This document shows positions 24,376 to 37,786 of a stretch of 64,000 bases of DNA, in pieces. The notes under the pieces were generated by a model. It saw only the letters and a program-made list of their open reading frames with translations, was not told the DNA's origin and searched no databases. The stretch is from NCBI GenBank assembly GCA_949358305.1, contig OX442314.1, positions 18,476,001 to 18,540,000 of the forward strand, written 5' to 3'. Origin of the DNA: Strigamia acuminata (lineage: Eukaryota). Both the position numbers and the translations under genes were made by a program. The first letter of the stretch is position 1. The number at the start of each line of letters is the position of its first letter.

Positions 24376-26140
24376 ATGGAAATGGCGCATTCAAGTAGAC
24401 CTGGTAAAAAATCGCCTAAAAGGAATTGTTCGTACGGTGAATTGGAAACGAAAAAGGATGTTGAAGTGAGCATTCCTGGACTGGGAAGACTGACGGATCC
24501 TTCATATGGGAAAAAGAGCAAACTTGTATGGTTGCTAATAGTACTGTGCTGCTCTGTTGCTTGTGTTTATTTGACCGTTGATAGATTAATGCACTACCTT
24601 AGTATTCCTTTGGCCTCGAAAGTTGAAGTAAATCGAATGAACACTGTCACGTTTCCAGCGTTTACAATATGTTCTAGCAATTTACAATTGGACGGTTTCA
24701 AACAGTTGGCTAAATTAAAGACTCGTGAAGAATGCATCGCTCGAAATCGGAGTGATTGTGAATCGGAGGCGGAATATTTAGGTATCTAATTAGTTATTTT
24801 TATTTGGATTTTTTTAGCTGATTTTGTTCCCTATCTTAGTGCAATAACAAGTCTTACTGTGACTATTTACGAACCTGAAATAGACGTTGATTTAAACTTG
24901 GCTTATTATGTATGTGAATAATGATTTGTACAGTTTGATTATATAATACCCAAGTGTTATAAGTTTTAAAAAAAAAATTGTTTTTAGCTAATTCCGCATG
25001 GTGTAGCTGATGAGCACTTGATGGGATTTGAGTTTCTCATCAATGAATTTGAGCTTATTCCAGCTGGCAATCTGTTGAAAGTAAAACTACACGAGGAAAG
25101 AGTAAGAAACTATAAACAATCACGATTACCGGTACATGTTTAATAATATTTTTTTTTATATTTTGGATTTTGCACACAATAGTTTCATTTGAAGAATATT
25201 GGACAATCAAAATGTTATGAAATGAAGGAAGAAGTAGAGCGCATTAAAAAATGTGCTACCGGTACTGAATTACTTCGAGTTGAATTGTGCAGGTTAGAAA
25301 ATCTTAAGTAATTAGTGATGATAGTTGCTTAATTTTGGGCTTTTAGTCTAGTTAATATTCTCTTATTCTTAGTCCAGTCTTACATCTGGTTGATTAAAAA
25401 ATGAGAAATAAGATGTTTTGGGTTGAGGTCATTGTGTTTGAATTATAACATTTGCTACAAATTGAAAAATAGCAAATATTATTTAATTTTTGGTATAAAA
25501 TCAGCAAAACATCCTAGTTTATGGTGATTATCATTGCGTTAACAGATTATAAAAATATAAGATGGAATCGATTATACTCGTAAGCATACATAATATCGTA
25601 TTGAATTTTATCGTGTCCCAAGACAATCAGCACCTGATTAAAATGAAAGTGACAATCGTAGGCGCATGCGCACATATAGTAGATTATAATTATTTCCTGA
25701 AATCAGATTAAATTACTAATATGATTTAAAACGTGTTGAAAAATAGAATGCCTAGCTGTCCAGAGTGTACTCTCCAATGTAAGTCACTGAAGGATATCCC
25801 AGAGCCTGATGAAAGAATGTTCAATACATATTTGGCAGTACTAAAAACATTCTGTCATTCCCGGCCAATATGTATTGAATCGCAATATGCGATTTCAATT
25901 GATACCGCACGAGTTGAGAAGAAGAAGAACGATAAGAAAACAACTATAATAATTCGAATGGCTGATGATACAGTTGATACTGTTGAACAATTTATTTCTT
26001 ATACGTTTCCCAGTCTAATTAGTGACCTGTTTGCTTATTGGAGTTTCTTTTTAAGTTTATCCGCTCTTGTTTTTGCTGAAATTTTTGAATATCTTTTTAA
26101 AACACTTGCAGAATGCATTAAAAGGTGTTGTGCCAAATAA
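24376..26140 (+). CDS. Divergent DEG/ENaC (pickpocket/ASIC-like) subunit 1, internally deleted, possibly a pseudogene
   Basis: TM1 (VWLLIVLCCSVACVYL), hallmark motif VTFPAFTICS, Cys-rich thumb (CHSRPICIESQY) and TM2 region (YTFPSLISDLFAYWSFFLSLSALVFAEIFEY). Lacks ~65 aa present in the paralogue. Confidence 0.8.
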
Positions 26141-26969
26141 TATATCAAAAATAAATTCCTAAGATATTTTTAATTTCTAGTGTCCTACTTTTTTGTTTTT
26201 TTAATAAGCTTATAAATTCTGTTTTGAGAATATTTTGTGAGCATTTTATTTTTGTTTTCTAATTTATTCTCTCGACTTGTTGTAATCGCAATAAAAGATC
26301 ACCAATTAACAAACTACGTAAACTATTTTTCCAAAAGGAAAGCAATATGCTGAAGTTTAGGTTATAAATTATTTCTGGTTTGATATAAAACAGCATCAGC
26401 AAATTGACGTTGGAAAAAGCTGCACCCTGCTGCTTTCAATAATATGATACCAAGTATCAACGCACACGTACTGTATTTTGCAACTCGTAAGGGGAAAATA
26501 TGATGAACAGTTCTTAAATTAACTGAAGGTACAAATTGAAATAATAGTTATTTATGATTTAGCATTATTTTAATATGTATATTGCACCATTTAGAAAACC
26601 ATTCATTTTGTTTGATATTCAATAGGACTGAGTGTTTGACATTTTTGAGGTTTATACAAATATAAAAAGGATGCTCTTTTAATTTAAAGAAGATAACACA
26701 CATGTTATTTCCAGTATTATCAGTAAAACTATATCCGCATCCTGTAAACACTAACAGAATTTCTCGTGCTATTTGAATAGCATCTTTTTCACCACCTTCT
26801 AAAAATATAAGATATTGGAGAAGTGGCGGAAATCTTCAGACCTTGAGCTGCACGGATTGCTTGTCGTGAGCAACTCGGCTACCTATCTGCATTCAAACTT
26901 GCCTACGTAAGTGTGAGAAAACAAGATGGATTGTAATTGTGCTCTGATTAATTGTTAACTTACAGGCAA

Positions 26970-28760
26970 ATGGAGCTAGACAATTTCACCGAAAACAAAG
27001 TGTCAAAACATTGCTCGTGTTGCCAATTGAATAAGAAAAAAAACGTTGATGTGAGCATTCCTGGGCTGGGAAGACTGATGGATCCTTCTTATGGGAAAAA
27101 GAGCAAATTCGTGTGGTTGCTATTAGTACTTTTCTGCACGATTGCTTGTGCTTATTTGACCATTGATAGATTAATGCACTACTTTAATATTCCTCTGACC
27201 ACTAAAATTGAAGTTAGGCGAATGCACAATGTCACTTTTCCTGCGTTTACAATATGCTCTAACAATATTCTATATGGGTTGAAGCCTTTAATGACATCAA
27301 AGGTTCATGAAGAATGCATAGCCCGAAATCGAAGTGATTGCGAATCGCCGTCGGATCTGGAAAATATTCCGTTTCGTGATTTAAATGTTTCTTTGGAAGA
27401 TACATGGTATGAGTACGGTTTTTCTTTCGCTGACATTGAAGTTAGTGTAGTGGTAAGAATATTTTGTATTCAATCAAGACTTAAAAATAGCAGATGTTCA
27501 CTTTTATCAACTTGATAATTGGGTATGGTAATGGTAACGTTTGGATCTTGAACCATTAGTCTTCCAGATGTACCAGCAAAAGTGAATGCTTTCTATTTTT
27601 AATATACAATATTAATATTAATATATTTTAATAATCATCTCTCACCGTTTTCCTTGTTTGGGTTTTTGTAAGGGAATGCCGACTATTAATGTTAAAGAAT
27701 ATTTGCTAAATAACGAGACTTCAGATTCAGACGGATTTGAATTTACCGCACAAGACATCATCATGGGAAGTTGTGTCGTTTTTAGGCACAGTAAGTAAAG
27801 CTTAAACAGACAGTACATTTTTTTTGTTAATTACCGTAGTTATGCTTTCTTTTTTAGCTGGCGTAGTTCCTTATCTTAGTACGGCAACAAGCCTCACAGT
27901 GAATATTCGCGAAACTCCAATAAACCCAGATTCAAAATTGGCTTATACTGTTTGTTCTTGTTCATAATAAATTTTTACGGTTTTGTTATATAGCAAGTGT
28001 TATTTAAAGATTTGTTCTTAGCTAATCCCACACGGCGAACGTGATGACCAGTTGACAACATTCGAGTTTCTCACAAATGAATTTGAGGAATTTCCAGCTG
28101 GTTACGAATATAAAATAAAACTTCATGAAGAAAATGTACGTAAGCAAAAATAATCATAATAATTGTATTTCATATTTTACACTTTTTGTCTAGTTTTTTT
28201 TAAAGAATACTGCATACAAAGCCTGTTACGATCCGACGGAAGAAATTAGACTAATTAAAGAATGTGCCACGGAGTTGCTTCAACCCGAAGTGTGCAGGTT
28301 GGTGAAGTGAAAAAATGATTAAGGTTCTGAAAACAAAAAATTAAATAAACGTTTGAAATATAGGCTGCCCGGTTGTCCCGATAGTTATGCCGAATGTGAA
28401 TCATTAAAGGACGTTCCAGAGGTTGCTGCTGGCGAAAAATATAATTCATTTTGGATGGATCTTAGCAAGTACTGTTTTCCGCGACCCGTATGTATCGACA
28501 CGCAATACATAATTTATATTGACACGTCAATGGTTAATGAAGACAGTGAGAGCACAACAATAACAATTCGAATGTCTGATGATACCATCGATGTTGTTGA
28601 GCAAGTTCTTGAGTACACGTTTCCTGATTTAGTAAGTGACTTATTTGCATATTGGGGTTTCTTTTTAAGTTTAACCGCTCTTGTTTTCGCTGAGATTTTT
28701 GAATATCTCATAAAAACACTTCGAGAATGCATTAAAAAGTGTTGGAGAGGCGCCAAATAA
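26970..28760 (+). CDS. Divergent DEG/ENaC (pickpocket/ASIC-like) subunit 2
   Basis: TM1, VTFPAFTICSNN, MGSCVVF, CFPRPVCIDTQY and YTFPDLVSDLFAYWGFFLSLTALVFAEIFEY. Tandem paralogue of the gene at 24376-26140. Confidence 0.9.
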
Positions 28761-29433
28761 GATAACAGAGATTTGTTTTGCTTGTTATTTATAATTTTCA
28801 GTGTACTGGCTGCTCAGTTTTATAGTCTAACTAAAAGTTTACGTATAGTTTTGAGTCCTCTCTAAAAACATGAATTCATTTTCTATTAAAATCAATTATT
28901 TATGCAACTTGTACAATTTTATGTAGAGTTTGAAAGAAATAAAGACAGATTGCTTTCGAGTTAAAAGTTCTGTTTGATCAGATTGAACGACGATGCGAGC
29001 CTTGTACGATGTTGTATATTGGTGTTATGTCGATTTGAATTTGTTGCCACGAAAGTAATTAAAAAGTAATTCCGAAGTTGGTTTTTCTTTATTTTTGGCT
29101 CAATTGTGATGTCAGTTGATGTTGCCACAGAAATGTAACGCGACCGAGGCGACGTCGGCGGACTTTCCCGGCAACATTTAAGAAGTGACGATGTCTTTAT
29201 TTGTTAACATACCGCTGGGATTGGTTTAGAACCCAACCTAATGGGGGAACGAAGTTTCGAAAAAATTTCCAAGTCCACGCACACGCGCAATGGCGTCGTC
29301 AAGTTCTCGTTAAGTTTTGATATTTCGCTGTTTTATTCATTGCATGCCCGGTTGGAGTTGTTAAATACTTCATTTGTCTAACATTATTATTTATCTTTAT
29401 TCAGCATTTTTTTCTGCATACGATATTTTATTA

Positions 29434-30226
29434 CTCCCTCTGTCCCAAATTATGATATACATTTCTCTAAAAAATTCTTGATTATCGTTGGTTTTGTATA
29501 TTTCTAAGATATTTCAACTGAATATGCTTCAAAATTAAGTGTGTTTGCAAACCAATGGATTGCATTATGGGTAATTAGTTTTATCATTCCGTTATTGCTG
29601 AGTTGCATCTTCTCAAAATGCACTCAAAATTAAGTGACACCTGTTGTGCTTAAAGTAAAGTGAAAATGAATTCGAAAAATGGCTGTTTCCAAAGAAAAAT
29701 GACAAAATAGAATAAATTAACTGATAATCTGCGAAATTGTATACAACAGCTCTAGCTGAAACAAAGCATTGTTAGGAATAAGGCACCATTAATGAAATTT
29801 GCAGGCAAATTAAAATTACTCCACTAACTATTTCACGAATTCGGCGAGAAGTTAAAAAACAATACAATGAAGGACATATTCCTGCCAAAAGATAAACATA
29901 ACAATGTATTTTTGACATTGCAATGTTGTATGGAGTCAGGGATGATAGCAAAGAATGGCAACAATTACAAAATTCACAAATTCAGAGCAATCATTAAAAG
30001 TTATTGTTATGGAGTATTATTTATTGTTATTGTTTACTCTTTATTTTTTATTGTTATTATTTACTCCATATTATTTATTGTTTACTTAATTTATTTATAA
30101 TTTAACTTATTTATATTAATTTTGCATTTTTATAATGATAAAAATCAAATAAAGCTTGAAATGTATACCATAATTTGGGACAAAAATAATAGTAGAAATG
30201 CATACCATAATTTGGGACAGAGGGAG
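29434..30226 (+). mobile_element. Internally deleted Tc1/mariner element of plant-mariner (DD39D-like) type with Stowaway-like TIRs
   Basis: 33-bp TIRs (CTCCCTCTGTCCCAAATTATG..., 31/33 match) flanked by TA on both sides, with an extra subterminal TIR copy at 30158-30182. Transposase remnants: LTDNLRNCI...TISRIRR (HTH-like) and NNVFLTLQCCMES...NGNNYKIH. Confidence 0.9.
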
Positions 30227-30816
30227 TATTTATTTATGTATTCCAGATCCGAACATTGAAGAGCACAGAAATGTTGTTGAAATATTTTTATTTGCGTACT
30301 AAAATTGTTTCATTTATACTTTCTAAGTTTTTTGAATAAATACAAAACATTATCCTGGATCCGTCAAAAGTGGCCAAGCAGCACGTCCCAGAAACAAGAT
30401 TCAGACACTGGTAACTTCAGATTATTTAAAAACTTCAGTTTTATTAAAAATGATAATTTTTCACAGTTTTTTTTAATTTATAAGAATAAAATGTCTTATT
30501 AACAAGAATAGAATTATGGCATCATAAAATAACGATGACAATAACATCTTTTTTTTTAATATTCAAAAGGCACAGAAAATCAAATATAAAAGCGAATAAC
30601 AATACTTTCATCATACAATAAACTAATATCAAAATTACATAGCTAGCATGATCATTGGTTATCATTTAAAATTAAATACTGGTTACAAAAGATTTCAATG
30701 TGATATCAAAAGCTATAAAAAGTATTATTTTTTACATTCACAAAGTGAGTACTAAAGCATTATTTTTCATTTCCCTGAGAAAAAAAAAATTATACCAGAT
30801 CATGAAAATGAAAACA

Positions 30817-33800
30817 TTATAATTTCATTTCCCAAAACAACAAATACGCGTCGTTAACATTTACAGTTGGATTGTTTTTATTTAAGCCTTTTCTAACGTC
30901 TTTATAACCTCTTCCACCCATAATAGTAAGCAGTGTTCTAGGAGCATCTGAACTAACTTCCAATTTACTAGGTGAAGCTACTAATGGCTCCGCAATAGAA
31001 GTTGCTGAAGATGTCCTCGATGAGTCACCATCAGAACTAGACGACATATAAATAGGTGCTGTGGCTGCTAAATTGGTCAAATCTAATGACTTGGGTCTGC
31101 CCGCCTTCACTCTGAGCCTACGATCCAACGTGCTTATTGTTGTTGGTAAAAGCAAATCAGGTTCACTTCGTCGTAGAGATTCGTACAACGACGATTCACC
31201 ACCTTCGTCGAAGTACTCGCGAATGTTCAGCAAGTCACCGTACAAACCGTACACATCATAATCCCCATCAGTGTGGTTAATCCCACTGTCCTCGTCGTCT
31301 TCCCTCGACATTTTCAATGTTGAAGATGTAGAAATACTCGGCTTGATACCTGTGCATTGAACAAAAACAATTTATTTTCGTGTTTAAAGTTAAACTAATC
31401 AAAGTTACAATTTTCACTTCTGAATTATGATCAACAGAAGAAATTGCAATATAATTTTAGTTTATGCTTATGCAATCACGTCATTGAACTCATTATGCAG
31501 TTAAAAAGCATTCGTAAGTGAAAAATCCATGCAACATTTTAACTTGCCTGCGAACAATCCGGGTGTACTAAACTGAGCTCTGAGCGGCACCTTTGGTGTG
31601 ACGGGTGCGGAAGAACAAGACAGTTGTTTAGTCAGTTTTAAATGTATCCCCTTATCATTGTTCATTTTTGGTGGCGTAGACACCGTGCTGGGACTCGTCA
31701 ATGCCAATAAGGTAGTAACTGGGCCAGCTAACGTATGATAAGAAAGCGAGGCTCGACCGCTAATTATTGGAACTCCTTCTAAACGTGGTAGTGGAATGTT
31801 GAGAGCCACGCCCGCATTTGTTCCAACCCACAGAAGTCCTCGACACGCCAACATGGATGTGACAAAAATGCACCGTGGAGATGTTTGGTCGTTTTCTAAA
31901 ATTAAATCAAATAGATCGCATCAAAAATGGTACATTTTCCCAACAAACGTCAGATAACCTACCCGATACTCTGCCGATGTTTGCGGCAATGTTTATGTCT
32001 TGTAAGTGTTTGAATGTTTCCATATGATACAAGCAAACAGTGGCCGTATTGCGCAAATTGATCCATAATCCAATACCGGACTGCGCTAATATGTAAACGT
32101 TGCCTAGTTGTTCGTGGTTGATAGTAAAACTTTTCTGTAATTGAAAGTGTTTACCGTACATTAAATAATTTTATAGCAATTTTAAATGCGTTTAAACTTA
32201 CCGCCACTTGTCCGGTTTGACAATCAATTAGTGATACTTTCCTGCCACACGCGCAATAAATAAAATTTTTGTAAGGCAACAAAGATGTCACTGCATCCGA
32301 TCCCAAATTAACGATCATATTTTCCTTTAAGCACCATCCCTTCTCTAAAATTTTATTAATTTAATTAATAACTATTTAATAAATACAATTTTTTCCATTT
32401 TCTTACCTGACTGACGGAAGATGACGACGTTGCCATTGGCCAATCCAGCGTACATTTTGTCCATGTAGCGCTTTAACTGCAATACTGGAGCTGAAGTGGC
32501 AACATATCCGAGGCTTTCACGCCGTTCTGGATCAAATCCAGAATATACTAAAATTCTACGACTGTCCGTCCCCATCCACACTGTCCATCCTTTAAGTCCA
32601 GTTTCTCTCGGGTCTAAACCTGGTGCTGGTTCCATGCTTGAGATTCTCACTTCAGCGAGTTCAAAAGAACAAATCTTTTTGACATTTACTTGTCGCAGGT
32701 TTAAAATACTGAAATAAGTAATTACAATTAACGGTAAAATAATAAAAATCAATAGAATTCCTTACCTAATATTACTATTAACACCATCGCTGCTGCACAC
32801 CCAGACGTAATTAAAACTTTTACTACTCGCACCCTTCCCACAAGTCGTATAATAACACGCACACTTCACTTCGTTATTATGCGGTGCGCTGTGCACCGAT
32901 GTAGCCCTGACAAACAAAGGCATTTTTGTGCTCGGCCTCAGTTCAGTTTCGGAAATATTCCACGCGGGTGAATTATTAAGATCTGCTTATAAAAATTAAA
33001 CATAATTATTACAATTTTTTTAAAAAAATTAATTGATAGGTTTTAAAAAACAGAACCTAATGCCAGTTGTGCCATTCTTAGATCGGTAATCCACTCTTTG
33101 GTAACTGAAGGTTTATTGGTTTGGAATGTAATCAGTTCTTTCGAACTCCTTTTAAAACAAAAATAAAAAAATGTCAGTTCCTTAGCAATTGGAATTTGTT
33201 GATGTATACTCTTTCCGAACTCAAGAAGAGCCCTGGAAGCTGGGCTCCCATTGGCCGAGCTATCTCACTAGTGTAGCAGTAGTTGCATTGCAGTTCCAAG
33301 TAGGCCAATGAGAGCCCAGCTTCCAGGGCTCTTCTTGAGTTCGGAAACAGTATAGTTCTTACTTATTCTTCGAACAAATATGTAACTGAAGACAACAGTT
33401 ATCGATCCACTTTACTTCTTCATCTTTTTCCTGAATCTCGCGTATAATTTGTTGCGCATAATTTTGCAAATCTGCACCGAGACCCTGTTGGAAACAAAAC
33501 CAGTTACAAGAGTGAAAAATTAAATATAAAACGATTTTTTCTTACATCGTAATTTCGTTTTAAACTCGCTGCTAATGTAGTCATTCGTCCAAATATTTCG
33601 TAATCATGCATCAGATCGCCCATTTCCTGATATAAAGCATGTGCGCTGTCGCTCGCACCTTTGCTATGCCTATTTTTAACTAAACCTTTCACTAATAATC
33701 TATTTAAATTCGGCGATAATTCTTCTTGAATTTCCACATCTGACACTGGAACCGCCCATTTTAATGAATAACGTTCGTTGTTCAAGCTGTGACCAGACCT

Positions 33801-36800
33801 AGAAAATTTTAAAAAAGAAAATTTAATTAAAATATTCCGAAGGTATGAGATTTTCTAACAATTTTCTAAAAATAAACTTACGACTGAGAAACAGACACAC
33901 AGACGAGTAATTCATTAAGAAGATATAATCTCCTTTCTTTACTCTTAGTTATTTGTCCGTCTTGATCGAATTTGAGTTGTGAAAAGTTATCTTGTCGAAG
34001 AAGGTACTGCTGTTTGCTTCCTTCATTGATAGACTTTAGCGAAAACTTCGTTGTTACGTGATGAATGAGTTCTTTCACGGCGTGGTGCTGTTCGCTTTCC
34101 CGTTTCCGTTCATTCAGCATTTCAGCCAGAGATTCGAGTTGTGTGAGAGCTAGCTGCAAATTCATCCTATCGTGATGATCATGGGGAATGTGTTTAAGTA
34201 AATCCTTCAAAAACAAATTCAAATCAAATTTAACGTGCCTGTTCAAATTACTGTAGTAATATAAATAAATACCTGGAGTAAAAGTATAAATTGTGGAAAT
34301 CTTTGTACAGGTTTCACCATCAAACCAAAAAGAGACAACCGGTCATTGCTGCTGATTTGTTTTACTTTTAAAAAATCAGCAAATGCTGATTTCCGTTTCG
34401 ATTCTTGCCTAGCCAACTCCATAGCTGTTGAAAAGTTATTGATAAAATCACTGTACATGTCGAGAACCATGGATTTAGAAAACTACAAAGAAAATAAAAA
34501 TATGAATAACAAAGTCGTTCCATTGTCATCATTTCTCTCTTTTCGTACCGAAGCAATAAACACGTCTCCAATTCTTTCCTCCCTGTCCCACTTTCTAACG
34601 CAGTCAGTCAGAGCAATCCGAAACATAGCGTGACACTGCTGAATCTCTGCCACGCGATCAAATAACACGTCAATCTTCGATTTACTCAAAATGGGCGGAC
34701 TGCTCTCTTCTAACGACTTCTTATAATCCTAAAAACCAAATACCAATTAGAAAAAAATTCAAAAGCGTGACAGATCACTTTATTTAGCTTACGTGAAGTA
34801 TTCTTTCCAACGCAGACACGTAGGCATTCTCACTGTGAACCAAATTGGTGACGATATATCGTCGCTTCACTTGTTCAGTAGTTAATCCGGCAGGCATGGG
34901 TGGCAAAGATGGGGGACGAAGCTGCATTCGAAGCGATTTTCGGCAATCGGTTCCTTCTTCAGCCACCTGTGACAACTTTCTCCGAATAACTTGACTACTC
35001 TTCTCTAAATCATATTCCTTTCGCCAAGGAAACAAATAAGTCTGCCTTTTTTCACTCTGCAATGAATTTAAAAAAAAAAATTAAATTTCAAATAAAATAA
35101 AATAAATTATAAACTTACTGGCATAATGGCTTCTTTATCTCTATCATCTTTACTTTTACTCATTCTTCTCGTAACCACATTCTTCAATGTGTTCTTGATA
35201 CTCGCCAAACTCACTTTTCCAATACTTTTATCACTCTCATTGTCACTTCGATCTTCGTACGCGTCAAACTCGTCTAAATCCTCACCACCGTTATATTCGA
35301 CAGATCTGTGCGTCATGCCAGATCTGTTTGGATGTCTATAAACGACCGAATTCGAATCCAAACTCTTTTCTATATCTTCGTATATGTCGTCGTCTGAGTA
35401 AACACTGCTGCTTCCCTTTTCGCTATTATTCACATCTAAAAAAAGAATAAAAATATTTAACATTTCCTCACACCTACAAATATCCTTTAAACAAGAATGA
35501 ACTCGCATAAAAGAATATTTTATTCAAAAATAGAAACAAAAAAAAAAGAATCAAAAAAGTAATTTACAGTTTGACCTTTCGTGACATTAGAAACATTCAT
35601 TCAACTCACCTTTGAAATACCCATCACACGTTTGTCTGTGAGAATCATCATACAGCATATAAACTGGTTCATCAACGGCAGATTCCCGCACTCTCGAATA
35701 GGATTCCAGGTGAGGCTTATCTGAAAACACAATCAACAAAACTTGCTCACGTCGATTCGAAGAAAGAAAAAAATGAAAGATGAAAAAGAAAGAGCACCAC
35801 CCTCGATTTTAAAAAAACATTTTTCCAACTTTTCTTAAATATAATCCGAATTAAAACGTCCTAGATTTCCCAAGGCTACCAGGTGGCTTAATTCTTGTAA
35901 ATTATTCATCCTACCTAATTTAGAACCAGCACTTAAATCGAACCATTGATCCCAACTTAGAAACGAAATAAAATTCGTACCTCCTTAACATGTCGGGCGA
36001 TATGTAGGCCACATGAACAAAACTCGTACAAACTTTCTTCCAAATCTTTTTTCTCTTTCAAAAATGACTAATTTCCTAGTACAAGTAAATGCCTTCGAGC
36101 AACTGAAATGTCATTAATCCAATCCACATTCATATCCTCACTACTCCAAGTGACTCACATACAGAAAAAAAAATTAACAGCCAATTGCAAAGTTATGCAT
36201 TCAAGATGGTTGAGACCAACAAAAAAATTGGCTCACAGCCAACAACATGTGTCTCATTCTTTACTTCACTTTCTTTTTTATAAAAAATAAAAAAAAAATT
36301 AAAAAATAACAAAAAATTATTTGAACTTTAGACCTTGAACACATCTCCACATTCAAATTGGAATAAATAAATAAAATTAAAAATTAAAAAAAAAAATTAA
36401 AATCAAATTAATTTACAAAAAAAAAAAATTAAAAAAATAAAGAAAAAAAAACACTTTCAAATTCTTAATTTGAAAAGGAAGTTCCAAATCCCATCTGTTC
36501 CCTCAAACAACTTCCTCCATCTGGAGATCAGTTTAAACCACCAGACCCCAACCAAGCAAGGTTTTCAATTCCCCACCGGAAGTTGGACCCCTTGTTGCAA
36601 AACAAGTTTTCTTACCACGAGATAAAGATGGCAGTCTCATCCATCCCTTTCTCTTCGACATCGGCGTGGAAGTTCTCACGGGTTCCATTTTTAACACGGG
36701 CACCGTATCTCTCCTCGCTTTACTTTTCGGCGATGCCAACAAACGCGCCAAATGCGAGCGTCTCTCCGACGGCAGCGATGGCAACTCCCTCTGCGACATC

Positions 36801-37786
36801 GTCCTTCTTCCATTCGACGTCGAAATGTTATTATTAATCACTGCCTCCATGTCCAAACTGAGCTGGCGCAAACCTTGTTCGTGTTGTCTTTCAACTCGCT
36901 GCACCTCGTACAACACATCGTTCATTAACCCCCTCTTGGAATCGCACGTGACTGTGTCAGCGATTGATACCGAAGAGCACGAAACACTTGCGTCGGTGCT
37001 GTTCCCACTTCCCATCGATAACGCAACGAATTCCACTTCTTCGTAATCGGATGAATCTACCTGTTGACACGAGTCGGAGTCAAGTGCCTCGTAGTCGTAT
37101 TCACTTTGCTCGATTGTCTTTTCATCAATCCGCGAGGATTCCTTTGTCTCGTCGACCTCGACCTGCGTTTTCACCTCTTCGTAGGTGGCCGACTCGAGTG
37201 CATCTCTTTGGCATTCGTCATTCGTCTCGAATTTGGCAACATTTGCCAGCTGAGAAATCTTAAAATCCTCTTCAATTTGTTCGCCTTTGCCTTTCTCGCC
37301 CACAGTCACTGCTCTTTCTCCTCCTTCACTTTCTTCGTCTTGTTGTTGTGGACTAACCTCATTCTTGTCTTGGAGGGGAGTTTCTTCTGCAATGGCGATG
37401 GGGTGTGCAGCTTGGTCCACCCTCCCTGCACCAGTTTGGCAGCCCGAGTTCGAGTTAGAGTTCGTGTTCGAGACGCAAGGTTGAACCGTACCTGCAATAA
37501 TCTCGTGTTCGGTGGCAATTACTTCGTCAAATTCGACTCCGACAACTGTATTGTGTTCGCTAGAGTCGACCGTATCATTCGATGATGATGGTGATGATGA
37601 TGACGCAAAAAACACCGGCACCGCTTCAGTCGCTGCTGTTTCATTGGTTTCGTCCGTCCCAGGTGAATGTGGCAACACCTGCTCTAGGGGTGGGCACATG
37701 TGTCCTTTTTCACCTGGTTGGATCATAATAACAAGATGGTTGAAAAGATGTTTGTTATTACGTGAGTCATTCCATCTTAAGGTCAT
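30817..37786 (-). CDS. ARHGEF10: Rho guanine nucleotide exchange factor 10-like (DH-PH plus C-terminal WD40-like propeller)
   Basis: DH domain ([59 protein letters not shown]), PH domain ([15 protein letters not shown]), propeller ([28 protein letters not shown]) and C-terminus GGRGY...YLLFWEMKL. Long acidic first coding exon; the exact start codon is uncertain. Confidence 0.95.
33209..33350. mobile_element. Short palindromic MITE in an ARHGEF10 intron
   Basis: Arms 33205-33256 and 33303-33354 are reverse complements with 2 mismatches. TATA flanks both sides, consistent with a TA target-site duplication. Confidence 0.85.
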
